A DNA stretch of 64,000 nt, taken from positions 95,691,518 to 95,755,517 of the forward strand of contig NC_068989.1 in NCBI RefSeq assembly GCF_001194135.2, written 5' to 3'. Under the pieces are notes generated by a model that saw only the letters and a program-made list of their open reading frames with translations, did not search any database and was not told the DNA's origin. This stretch comes from Octopus bimaculoides. Taxonomy: Eukaryota. Positions 53,057-64,000 of this stretch are shown in pieces. Position 1 is the first letter of the stretch. Each line of letters opens with the position of its first letter. A program made the translations under genes and the position numbers.

Positions 53057-53200
53057 ATCATCCTCCTCATCATCATCATCGTTTATCATCGTTTAACGTC
53101 CGCTTTCCATGCTAGCATGGGTTGGACGATTTGACTGAGGACTGGTGAAACCGGATGGCAACACCAGGCTCCAATCTAATTTGGCAGAGTTTCTACAGCT

Positions 53201-53204
<4 letters not shown>
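53057..53204 (-). mobile_element. Young RTE 3' tip within (TA)n
   Basis: Differs from the 450-613 copy at about 1 of ~116 compared positions. Confidence 0.9.
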
Positions 53205-53238
<34 letters not shown>

Positions 53239-56200
53239 TCATATATAAATATATATANNNNNNNNNNNNNNNNNNNNNNNNNNNNNNNNNNNNNNNNNNN
53301 NNNNNNNNNNNNNNNNNNNNNNNNNNNNNNNNNNNNNNNNNNNNNNNNNNNNNNNNNNNNNNNNNNNNNNNNNNNNNNNNNNNNNNNNNNNNNNNNNNNN
53401 NNNNNNNNNNNNNNNNNNNNNNNNNNNNNNNNNNNNNNNNNNNNNNNNNNNNNNNNNNNNNNNNNNNNNNNNNNNNNNNNNNNNNNNNNNNNNNNNNNNN
53501 NNNNNNNNNNNNNNNNNNNNNNNNNNNNNNNNNNNNNNNNNNNNNNNNNNNNNNNNNNNNNNNNNNNNNNNNNNNNNNNNNATATATATATATATATATA
53601 TAAAGATATATTGGATAACATACTTCTAGATACATTTAAATGTCTAAAAAGAGATGTGATTGTCAGAGTTGGAATGCCTTTGACCATAAGGTTACTTGAT
53701 AAAGGCTGATAACTCTTAGATGAGCTACCACAGGAACCTCTACAAGGTCATTGGGCATGCTAGGAATGTCATCTAGATCTCCCTCAAGTCACAAAGGAAG
53801 GATACTTTGGATAATATAGTGCTGGATAGCACTATGTTTATGATAAAGGGCAGTATAGTCAAAAGTAAAACAGATTGACCTGGGGTTAAATAGTATTAAA
53901 AAACAGTTACTCTTAGAAACAGAAATATAGAAAATATTATATTCGAATCATTGTCTACAGAAATCTGTATTTATACATCGTTAAGCAAAAATTTTACATT
54001 GTAAGAAGTTTCGATGAATAAATGTCAGAAATACTGAAAGCAAAAGTTTGAAATTCCAGTGAAATTGAAATATGCATTCCTAAGAACAAGGTTCTTTTAT
54101 GTAATAAAAGAAAAGAAATATAAAATTGAAAAAGTCATAAATATTTTGAAAAATTATAAAACTAAGCATAAAATGGTTATATTTCCAGACTGACTTCTTT
54201 ATGATTTTCAGAAAGAAACTTTGGTAGAACAATGAAACACAACGACCAAATAAAAGGGGGTAAATATGTACACATACCCACATATGCTCATATACAATGT
54301 AAAATATTTCATTGAAAGTGTATCGCTATTCTATACTTAAATTTGGAATTTTGAAAGAAATTTTATTTTAAATTGACTGAAACATTTCCATTAGCAAATA
54401 GGATCAATTCTTTTGTCTAATGGAATCAATATATTTAGTTTGTTTAAAATCTTAAAATATAAAAAGATTAGATATAACCTTATTATTAATAATGTGTAAG
54501 TGTTCACACTTGTTATCTTTTGAATATATGCTTCAATTCCATGTGAAAGGGGTCAAGAATTTGATACTGAAAGAGCAATCATTATATTAAGAAATATGAC
54601 CAATGAAGAAAGCATTCAAGATCACAGATGTTTCCTCACACATTGAAACAAGTTAAACATCTGCAAAACATGTTAACATTATTGATTTACAATCTAAGTA
54701 TCGACATATTCAAGTGTCAGTATATTTTAAACAATTTAAACTTGCAGAGTTTATTAATTTGTACACACCAAATAAATAAGAGAGCATATTAATGAAAGCG
54801 ATTGAGGTTTAACTTCATTTTTATATATGACTTTAGTCAATACAATTTAGAAGTATACAAGACAAGAAAATAATGAGGAGAAAATGGATACAACTTTATC
54901 ATTTATATGCACAGCAATTTTGGAAATAACACGTTTCACAAAAAGATATTTCTAAAAATATCATTATTACAATTAAAGAATGCAACATTATAAAAAAATA
55001 AACTTTAAATTTAGAAAGTATGCATGAATTAAAAATAAAAAAATATTCTATTTGATTTTAATTAAGAGAAGAACTGTCATTAATTAACTCTACAATGTCT
55101 ATTGTTAATAGTTCTTCTGTTTATAAAACTATGATGCAGCTTCAGGAAAAAAAAAGAATTGAAAATTTGGATGAACTCTAAAGATTAACATTTGAAAAAC
55201 ATTATTGCATGCAAACAATTGAATATATGCATCTGTTATTATTTTGAATTTTTGGCATTTATTCAGGTGCATGTATGTTATTTTATTTCAATCCTATATG
55301 TGTACTATTTTTTTTTAATATTTTTTTATTTATATTTTTTTTATTTTAGACATGTATACTTCCTACCTTAAAATAAGCAGTAAAATGCCAAGAAATAAAT
55401 TTTTGTTGTATCTTGATAATTTAAGTGTTATAGGGTTAAAAGAATTACAAGAACAAAGTTACATGAACCAAGAAAAGCAGATCATTCTCATCTTAATCAT
55501 TTAGGATCAATACAAAGAAATTAATAAATAAATGAAGCTTATAAAGTTTATGAGTTTGTTGATGATCATTTATTTTTTGCTTATATAAACTATGAAATTT
55601 CTCACATAGAACTGGTTTGTATTTATTAAAATAAACGAGCAAATCTAAGGAGTTTCAATCACTTGGTATTCAACGCATCTTGTTTTAAAATCAACAATTA
55701 TTCTACATATACAAAACATTTTGTCAGCAATTTTATAATTCCTTAATGTTCAATGATGTAAAAGCCTTATGCTGTTAATCTTTTACAGACATATTGGACT
55801 ATTACATTTCTTCAAATTTTATATCACCAAAGAGCATTTCTTATTAGTAAAAGAATAAAACTAATTATAGAATATAAAAGGCATAAAAGCAAGGAACAAA
55901 TTTAAGATTTAAAATTTAGAAAACATAAGAAAGTTGGAAGAGGTAAAAATGCAAAAAATAAAATAGCATCAAGAATAGAAAAATAAAAGTTGAGTGAGCA
56001 TAAATATTCATATTTATGCTTCAGAGAGTAACCCAGTGAGCAGAATCTAAATTACAAAGGACAGCCTGTTTCTAATTCTAATTTTTCAAATCAATATTTA
56101 CATACAGAAATGTAAAATGTATATATATTTTTTCTTTTCTCTTTGAGTAATAATAACAAAAAGTAAGAAAAACAATTTTTATTTCCAAAATAAACAAAAA

Positions 56201-57004
56201 ATTATTTCTTGTTCAAAATGGAAAAGAAATATTGAATATATTTGCCCATCCACTTGTAAATATTTTAAGATTAGGAAAAAGAATCTAAAATTAAATAGGT
56301 AAATAAAATCACAACTAAACTGAATTTTATTAAAACTATATCCTCCGAAGATTGTATGAGAGTAAAAAAAAATCATTTTGAATTTTCTATTAATATCAAT
56401 GATTTTATCATTTGTTTTTTGTTTTTTTCCGAGACTTATAAAATAGCATAGCTGAATTTGACCACCTTTGTTTTATATTATTTTTCAATCAAAGTGTTTG
56501 TAAAATGGAAAGATATGTGATGTGCAAAAATGCACCCAATACTTAAAATAATTTCTGAACAGCTTTAATTTCCCTTATTTTATGCAATACATTTGTGAAA
56601 ATGGATATAAGCAATATGCTAAAAAGTTCATGTTTGCAATCATTCTCTCCTTTTCACTTATATCACAATATTCATATCAAAGTCAAAATAGCATCTATGT
56701 GGGGCCTATGCCAATCAAATTCGATCAATTTTCTGCATCATGTGTGCAGGTCTGGATGAGGTTTTTGTGGAAGAATGGTAGTTGCCTTTGTATGCAAGTC
56801 TCTACTTATCATGCCACCAATGCTATCCAAGGAAAATACTGCCAATCTAGGGCTAATGCAGCTACGCAAAATAGCATAAGCATAAAAAAATTTTACTAAT
56901 CCCTTTATTCATTGGAAACTGCAGTTTCCAGATGATTGAGATGAATTATTTAGATTGTCATCTTCCAGATTCATAATCTCATTTTTTTAAAAATATAAAT
57001 AAAC

Positions 57005-57058
57005 ATTTCGAACTACTCTGTTTTGATCAGTTCAATCACTGACCATCATCAGGTGTCT
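57005..57058 (-). ncRNA. Degenerate hammerhead-like motif (probable Penelope pLTR relic)
   Basis: CAC-CTGATGA-T-GGTCAG TGATTGAA CTGATC-AAAAC AGA GT A: stem II is perfect, G12 is replaced by A, and stem I is only 2 bp. Confidence 0.3.
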
Positions 57059-57259
57059 TATTTCAGGAGATGTAGGTGGTTTCAGACAGGATTTCAATTA
57101 GGAACCTTTATTACTAAACTAGTGTAGTGATGTCCTTAACCCTTATTTGAATCAATTGAAACATAGCCTAGCTATGGATATTGCATATGTTTACTCTAAA
57201 AGATAATATATGGAAAATCATGATATTTTTAGAATTTTCAAATTAAAAACCAATATACA

Positions 57260-57651
57260 GGCGTAGGAGTGGCTGTGTGGTAAGTAGCTTGCTTACGAAC
57301 CACATGGTTCTGAGTTCACTGTCACTATGTGGCACCTTAGGCAAGTGTCTTCTACTATAGCCTTGGGCCAACCAAAGCCTTGTGAGTGGAAACTGAAAGA
57401 AGCCCGTCGTGTATATGTATATGTATGTGTGTGTATATGTTTGTGTGTCTGTGTTTGTCTCCCCAACATTGCTTGACGACCGATGCTGGTGTGTTTACGT
57501 CCCCATAACTTAGCGGTTTGGCAAAATAGACCGATAGAATAAGTACTAGGCTTCCAAAGAATAAGTCCTGGGGTCAATTTGCTCGACTAAAGGCGGTGCT
57601 CCAGCATGGCCACAGTCACATGACTGAAACAAGTAAAAGAGTAAAAGAATA
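57260..57651 (+). mobile_element. Full-length tRNA-derived SINE
   Basis: A/B-box-like head, (TA/TG)n linker, body, and tail ..GGCGGTGCTCCAGCATGGCCACAGTC..GAAACAAGTAAAAGAGTAAAAG. Confidence 0.9.
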
Positions 57652-58634
57652 CACATACAAAGCAATTTGAAAGTCAGTAAGTAGAATTAGTGTAAATATG
57701 ATGATAAGCAATCAGAGTGAACAGGTCCGTTTTAGGATGGGTGAAATGAAGCCACATCGAAAAGAACTTGAGTTTCTAAAGTAATGATCAATGTTACACA
57801 TCAGTGTAGAGAAAAGAGAATAATAATGTGATAAGAGCAAACTTATCAAATCCTTATAAGGGTTAAGAGAGAAGTAAGAGAGTAGCCTGTTTATAAGATA
57901 CTTTAAGATATCAAGAAAATATAACACCAGTGGAATTGTTAAAATATTAAAACAATGAACCAATACAATTGTTACTTTTGCTCATAAACTATTGCACAAT
58001 GCAAAAAAAATCACAACCAATGATCAGAAATACACCTCACTCCACAAAGTACACCTGATGAGCATAGCAACACTGAACTATTGCAGAATCAGCTTCACAC
58101 TATTGGCAATGTTAGCCATCAAGAGAGTTTGAACAACATACAGCTTATCATGCAAAGTCTATATCTATGTTCTAACTAAATTTGATTTAGACTACACATC
58201 TCAACAATGCACTTCTGCTCTATAGACTGTTGAAGATAGCAAGCAGAATATCCTTAAGGCTGTCTTTGATTCCTATCAACTCCAGGCATCTCTGTAGCAG
58301 TGCTGAAAATTACATATGTAAATGACATTTCTAAATAATTAAACAATACATTTCTCCAAATAAGTGTAAAAATACCAGTGCACTAAGTTCTCTTTCCAGT
58401 GAAGAAGCCAATAAAATACTTTGAAATATTTGTTAGGTTTCTCATATGCAGCAGCATACTGATGTGTTGCTGCTATTGACTTCAGAAGAATCTATGTTTA
58501 ACAATAAAATGTAACAAAACTAGAATTGGTATGCAGATAACAAATCCCATTTAGTACAACTGCCAAAAAAACCCAAAAAAAAAACCAGTAAGCTTGCAAG
58601 GTACACACACACATACACACGCATATGTATGTGT

Positions 58635-58875
58635 GGAGGTACATGACTTAGTGGCTAGGATGTTGCACTCATGATCGTAAGATTGTGGTGTTGATTCCCG
58701 GACTGTCACTGCATTGAGTTCTCAAGCAAAAAATCTCATTTCACATTGGCCCAGTCCACTCCTCTGGAAAAAATGAATAATCGTGTGACAGACCAGCATC
58801 TCATCCAGGGTTAAATATATACACCACAAAATTCAGGAAACTGGCCCTATTAGCCTATGGCTCATGGAGGACTGT
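58635..58875 (+). mobile_element. Second, older tRNA-derived SINE family
   Basis: Head GGAGGTACATGACTTAGTGGCTAGG..TTGATTCCCGG and internal GTGACAGACCAGCATCTCATCCAGGG. Confidence 0.55.
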
Positions 58876-59204
58876 TCATTGTTTGATGCATGTATTTGTA
58901 TTTATATATGCATCATATCATCATCATCATCACCATCATGTTTCAACATCTACTTTCCCATGCTTACATGAGTCGTACAAGAATATAATGTGCCTAAGTT
59001 GTCTATTGCTAGATGCCCTTCTTGTCACCAACCCCCATTACTTTCCAAGTGAGCTAATAATCTCCTATTCTATATAAAGGCAGAAATGTATATAAATATG
59101 AGCAGTAATTGTATCTGTCTAGCTGCCGATACATACATTTATATGTAAGTACATACATACATAAATGTGCATTCGATTTCTAGATTGCTTAGAATGTGTC
59201 CTTG

Positions 59205-59260
59205 AGCAAGAATCCATGCCAGCATGGAAAACGGACATTAAACGATGATGATGATGATAA
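59205..59260 (+). mobile_element. Very short RTE 3' tip
   Basis: CCATGCCAGCATGGAAAACGGACATTAAAC(GAT)n. Confidence 0.75.
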
Positions 59261-61523
59261 TTGTTCCAGTCTACTCAAGTGGAATGTGCACCAGTCAAGT
59301 GCCAAAGCAATGCACTCTCTCATTTCAGTTTTCACATCCTGGATGCTTCACCGAGTCATGAAAGCAGGGCTGGGATGTTCATGGCTACTCACTAGGCAGC
59401 TAAAACAATTAGCGAAAGCATGACACATTCTACCAAGGCATATTTGCTTGCATCTAGCAGCTGTTTTTCATTTTTTTTAATGATGATAAGATTTCAGTTG
59501 CATGAATGAGAGACCACTTGGACATGATCAAAGCCAAGTCTATAACAGATTTAGCTCGATAAAAACCATGGTCACTGAATAAATTCTGAAGTGTAATGTT
59601 TGAGGATTAAAGAAACATTGTAATTTAGTTGCAGCAATCAGGGAAGTTTATACAAGTAGGGGAAAAAATAGAATGGAGGAAGAAGAGATTCAGGGGACTT
59701 TTATTGTGTTTGCAATTGGAAGGAAAATGAACAGTAAATGCACTGACTTTATCTGCAAGAGTGATGCTTCCAAAAGGAAGATTCTACAAAAGTAGTACAG
59801 ACTTTCTTGGTAAGTACCAGAAGCATTGGCTATGTTTTGAAAGATGAGAAAGCATGCAAACTATATGATACATCAAAACATCATTTGCTATACAGGCAGC
59901 TATCTTGTAAACATTCAAATGGTTAATAAATGGCTTTCATCGTGTGACAGTGGATGGCTTTCTCATGGTCCTTGGTAATACTCTTTCCTTACAAATTGTT
60001 TATCTGAGGGTTGTGCACTAAATTATTCAAAGAATATAAAAAGGTTATAACTATTATCATTATCTATTTAGTTCTCAGGTCACACTGAGAAACAGACATA
60101 TAGTATTACATACTTAGTGCGGAGAAGACTTGTTAACACTGTTTAGTGTAATTCAAACCAATTTATTAAGTAATGTAAGCTGATGTTTCAACCTTCACAT
60201 GTTCAAGATACTGATCATATAGGAAGTGACTTAATCTTGAAACAAAATATCTTAAAAATCATTCATTTGTTTTTGATGGTTGTTTATTAGGTCCATTAAA
60301 AATTTGAAGCTTAAAAGCTAACCAACATTTATTGCTTGTAATTTTATTGTTAAATTGAATCAAGTTAATGCCTAGAAGGTAAATTATTATTTTTCAATGA
60401 TATTTGAATTAAGTATTTTCTCTTGATTTTTTAATAGTGATACAAAACTGAAAAACTACTTAAATGCTAATATAATAGTCATAAATATTTTGCAATAACA
60501 GAATTATAGAAAAGCCAATCATATAACCGAAGTATAAAATCAAACAATGAATACAAATTTCAAATGTGAAATTACCTGAAAATGTGAGAATGTCTGCCGT
60601 TGACTTATTTAATAGCTAAATAATTTTACACAATTTTCAGCTAATTTATCTAAAACCAACAGGTGAGAATTGAAAAGAAATATCATGGAATAATCATTAA
60701 AAATATATATATATATATAAGTCTTAAAATTAAAGAAAATAATGACTTTGTTATCAATAAACTGGGAATCAAAATTCCTTTAGCACACATATACCTTGGT
60801 AACAGAGCAAATGTCTTCATGGAGCATTGTGGCTGCTCCCAAGCCACCAGATTCTATGAAAGAAAAGGAAAACTTCCAATCAAAACCTTGTTCTGTACCT
60901 GGGACAGTCAGTTGGAAGTGAATGCCATACTACAGTGGGTATCAACCAGCAAACTAGGCCAAGCTTACTATTCTCAGTTTGGTCTGTGATTAATCTGTCA
61001 TCTGACATGTGGCACACTGTGAGACCTATACAATGTTGATATATTCCTCCTGCATGGTGCAACTTATATTACACATTAAAACACAGAAAACTTTTCAGCA
61101 GTAATGTAACTTCTATATTTTAAACAGAATTCTTTTAAATTGAATAATCACTTTTAAACAATGAAGCGTATAGCCATACACCAGAAGCCTGATAACAGAA
61201 TTAACAATTGCCATTGGATGTATTCGCTACACATACAGTACTTCATAGCTGCAGGCAATTAAGTATAAACATACATATGTTAGCTGGCTGAAGGCTATCC
61301 TATCCAGCATCTTATTTTTTTTAGGTCTGTTGTTGCATTAAGTTTTTCTTTTTATATTCAAATATAATGCTCCCCAATCCTCACTATTCTGATCTTAATT
61401 TCATTTTGTATCAAATTTTATACATTATACGCAAGTAAATACAGTAATTTGAATTAAGGTGTGAAACTAAGATTTTAGAAATGTTTACTGAGAAATAATC
61501 AAGCATTATCACTTGTTTATATT

Positions 61524-61593
61524 AGTGAACATCTCATTGTGTTTATAGCAGTGAACATCTCATTGTGTTTATAGCAGTGAACAGCCATTGTGA
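61524..61593. repeat. 26-bp minisatellite (~2.7 copies)
   Basis: AGTGAACATCTCATTGTGTTTATAGC at 61524 and 61550, with a degenerate copy at 61576. Confidence 0.9.
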
Positions 61594-62729
61594 CTTATTT
61601 CCTTGGTCATACATAGAGTAGATCTACCTACTGCTATTTGTGGCTCATAGAGGTAATAATACAAGAAACTAAATTTGTAAAAGATCAATTAAATGATAAA
61701 TTTTCATCATTTCCAAATGTACTTTACTATCATGGATTTAGAAAACCATGAGATGATACCACATAGTATCAACTCTGAATAAAATAACAATTTTAAACCT
61801 TCTCATACATTTTCCCACTGCCAACTCAAAGCAATTTTATATCCAGTATTTCTTATCCATATAAATAGTTAATAGTGCTGTGGTTGGAAGCAAACTAAAA
61901 AATATTTTAGGCTCTCCTTTGCTGATAACACTGTCATGACCTCCATAACCATGGCCACTCTTTATAATTATTCTATTGCTGAAAGCATGATATGAAAACG
62001 TACATGTCATTCAATTAATGTTTAGCCATTCAAACTAGAGTCTCTTTAATCTAGCTTATACTAATACTAGATGACTGTTTACAGTCTGATGAGATAGCAT
62101 GTGCTTTTGATTAGATTAAAGCAAAAGAAATCAAAAGTCAAAGTGAGTATCTTCTGATCGTCACAGAAGCACTCTCCAACTTTTATATGGGATTTTAACC
62201 CTACAAAGTTTCTTTACTATAAAATTGTATGTTTTATACATAACTAGTCAATTCCTCACCTATGGAAAGGCTTCACCATCATAGCCAATAGTGATTCCTA
62301 AATGAAACCATTGCAACTTTAATTTACTGTGCTGAGATGCAAATATTCATTGATGTGCACTACTTAACTGAGACTCTCTCACATTGATCATAAGCTTCAG
62401 ATAATCATTCTAGTTTACAAGTCAGGCTGAATACTAACTTAAATATTGATGCATTAAATACTTCATTTACCTGTAATCAACTAGTTTAATGTTCAGAATG
62501 TGGTTAAGGCAAAACAAATCTTTATTCTGACAGGTATAAATCATCTACATAAATGCAATGCCTTAGATATATATATTGAAAGATGAAATTGCATGATGCT
62601 CAAATCTGTTTCAAGCATATTAGAGATATTTGTGTACAAAATAATTACTAACAGGAATCAAAATTGGAGTGCAGAATTGGCTGGTGAAGGGCAATTATTT
62701 CTTATGCTGAGTAGATGAAGAATCTTTTA

Positions 62730-63830
62730 TCAACGTCATTTCCGGTGGTCGGTTTTATGGTAATTTAAAAATATACACATCTTAATATCCCCATGCCACT
62801 TGTTTGAACACCATCCTCATCTGATTCTTTGGTGCCTTTAGTAAAGTTTCTTCTGTTGTATGCATAAAAATCAGAATGCTGAGCCCTCCTCAAACCATTT
62901 CTTTTCTGTACTGAATGCATCAACCTCACCAACAAGGAAGGACCTGTAAAGATTAAGAGCACTGTCTTTCCCTCTCTCTGATTAACTGACAGCAAAAGAC
63001 ACACACTCACATACAATTAAAGAAGTGAAGATTAAACATATCAGGAAAATCGACACCCAATGATCTGCAGCCTGTGCTGTACCACCCTGTTCAAGAAAGG
63101 ATTCAATATGTTACCACTACCACCAGTAGCAGTAACACCACCACCAACAACTACTGGAGCAGTAGCAGCAGCAACAAAGGAACCCAAGTAAAACGATAAG
63201 CCAGAGAATATCCCCCTTCTTGACCAAAACAACTCGGACTGTTTGAGTACTGAAGTTGAGAGCAGGGAGTGGCAAACAGTTACTCCTAAAAAAAAGAAGA
63301 AAAAAAAGACAGTAGAAGAAAAGATGGGGAGGCGCAAACAGGAGGAACTTTCCAATAGCAGCAACATGCACACAGAGCAACCAGCAACAACAACTACACC
63401 TCCACCAGCACTACCATTTCAAACACCGACACAGTACACAACACATACAGACTGCATAAACACCACCAACCTCACAGCCAACAATACACACCTTGTTAAA
63501 TACATCAGAGAAAACACAGACACCACAATGGAAGACTTTGTCTTCCCAAGACACAATGACCACCACCATACATACAAATTTTAAAATTAAAACAGGACAC
63601 CTACAACACATTAAAAATTCATTTTCCGATGCTGTTGAGTCATTTCAAAAAACTTTTTCTAAGAGACTGTATAAAATCCTCGTGGAAACGCCCACAATTA
63701 AGACCAGACAACAACAGTAAGTAAAACTCTTCTCCACCTTAAATTTATTTTACTATGGGGGTGCTCAGAATAGGTTGTATAAATGTCAGGGGCCTTGGGT
63801 CGCCTTGGAAACAAAGTCACCTTTAATGTA
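62730..63830 (+). mobile_element. L1/Tx1-like LINE 5' portion: decayed ORF1-like region plus ORF2 endonuclease start
   Basis: ATG at 63755 reads MGVLRIGCINVRGLGSPWKQSHL* (APE motif-I NVRGL). A P/T/K-rich frame at ~63045-63720 has one stop and one frameshift. The 5' boundary is uncertain. Confidence 0.6.
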
Positions 63831-63914
63831 ATATAAAGCTGAAGCAAATTAACACCAAATATATAGTGCGTGTGTTTTTATTGGCTAAACTGGCAACATG
63901 ACCATCCCCAAATA

Positions 63915-63924
63915 CAACAACAAC

Positions 63925-63982
<58 letters not shown>

Positions 63983-63998
63983 TTAATAATAATAATAA
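63915..63998. repeat. (AAC)n-(AAT)n microsatellite
   Basis: Direct inspection. Confidence 0.95.
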
Positions 63999-64000
63999 TT

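Noticed and set aside
58051-58095. ACAC-CTGATGA-GCATAG..CTATTGC as a hammerhead
   Set aside because: No GAAA core or stem III follows (AGAATC); at best an unrecognisable relic.
61524-61593. CRISPR-like or regularly spaced repeats
   Set aside because: Head-to-tail copies with no spacers in a eukaryotic context; a simple minisatellite.
62765-62943. Minus-strand exon after ctttacag (GPSLLVRLMHSV...)
   Set aside because: No good donor, no recognisable protein, and it overlaps the probable L1/Tx1-like relic.

Overview
AT-rich, microsatellite-dense eukaryotic DNA with 8 assembly gaps. The SINE and RTE-LINE families match those I recall from Octopus genomes (inference; no search run). No intact protein-coding gene can be supported, and almost every ORF in the track is a translated microsatellite, N-gap or transposon relic. 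The window reads as a stretch of very long intron(s), probably of a minus-strand gene, or intergenic DNA. It holds many RTE-clade LINE fragments (one with a PHD finger inserted in the RT region), tRNA-derived SINEs and a TTAA-ended MITE. It also holds a Penelope GIY-YIG relic with an adjacent hammerhead-ribozyme fold, a TIR-complete Tc1 element with DD36E spacing beside a TIR-complete DD34D mariner, and an L1/Tx1-like ORF1 plus ORF2 start. The most intriguing non-TE signal is two strong minus-strand 3' splice sites fused directly to 5' splice sites (AG|GTRAG at 27821 and 14585). Each has a downstream alternative donor, which is the architecture of recursive splice sites with RS-exons. All scanning was by eye, and coordinates of decayed repeats are approximate.
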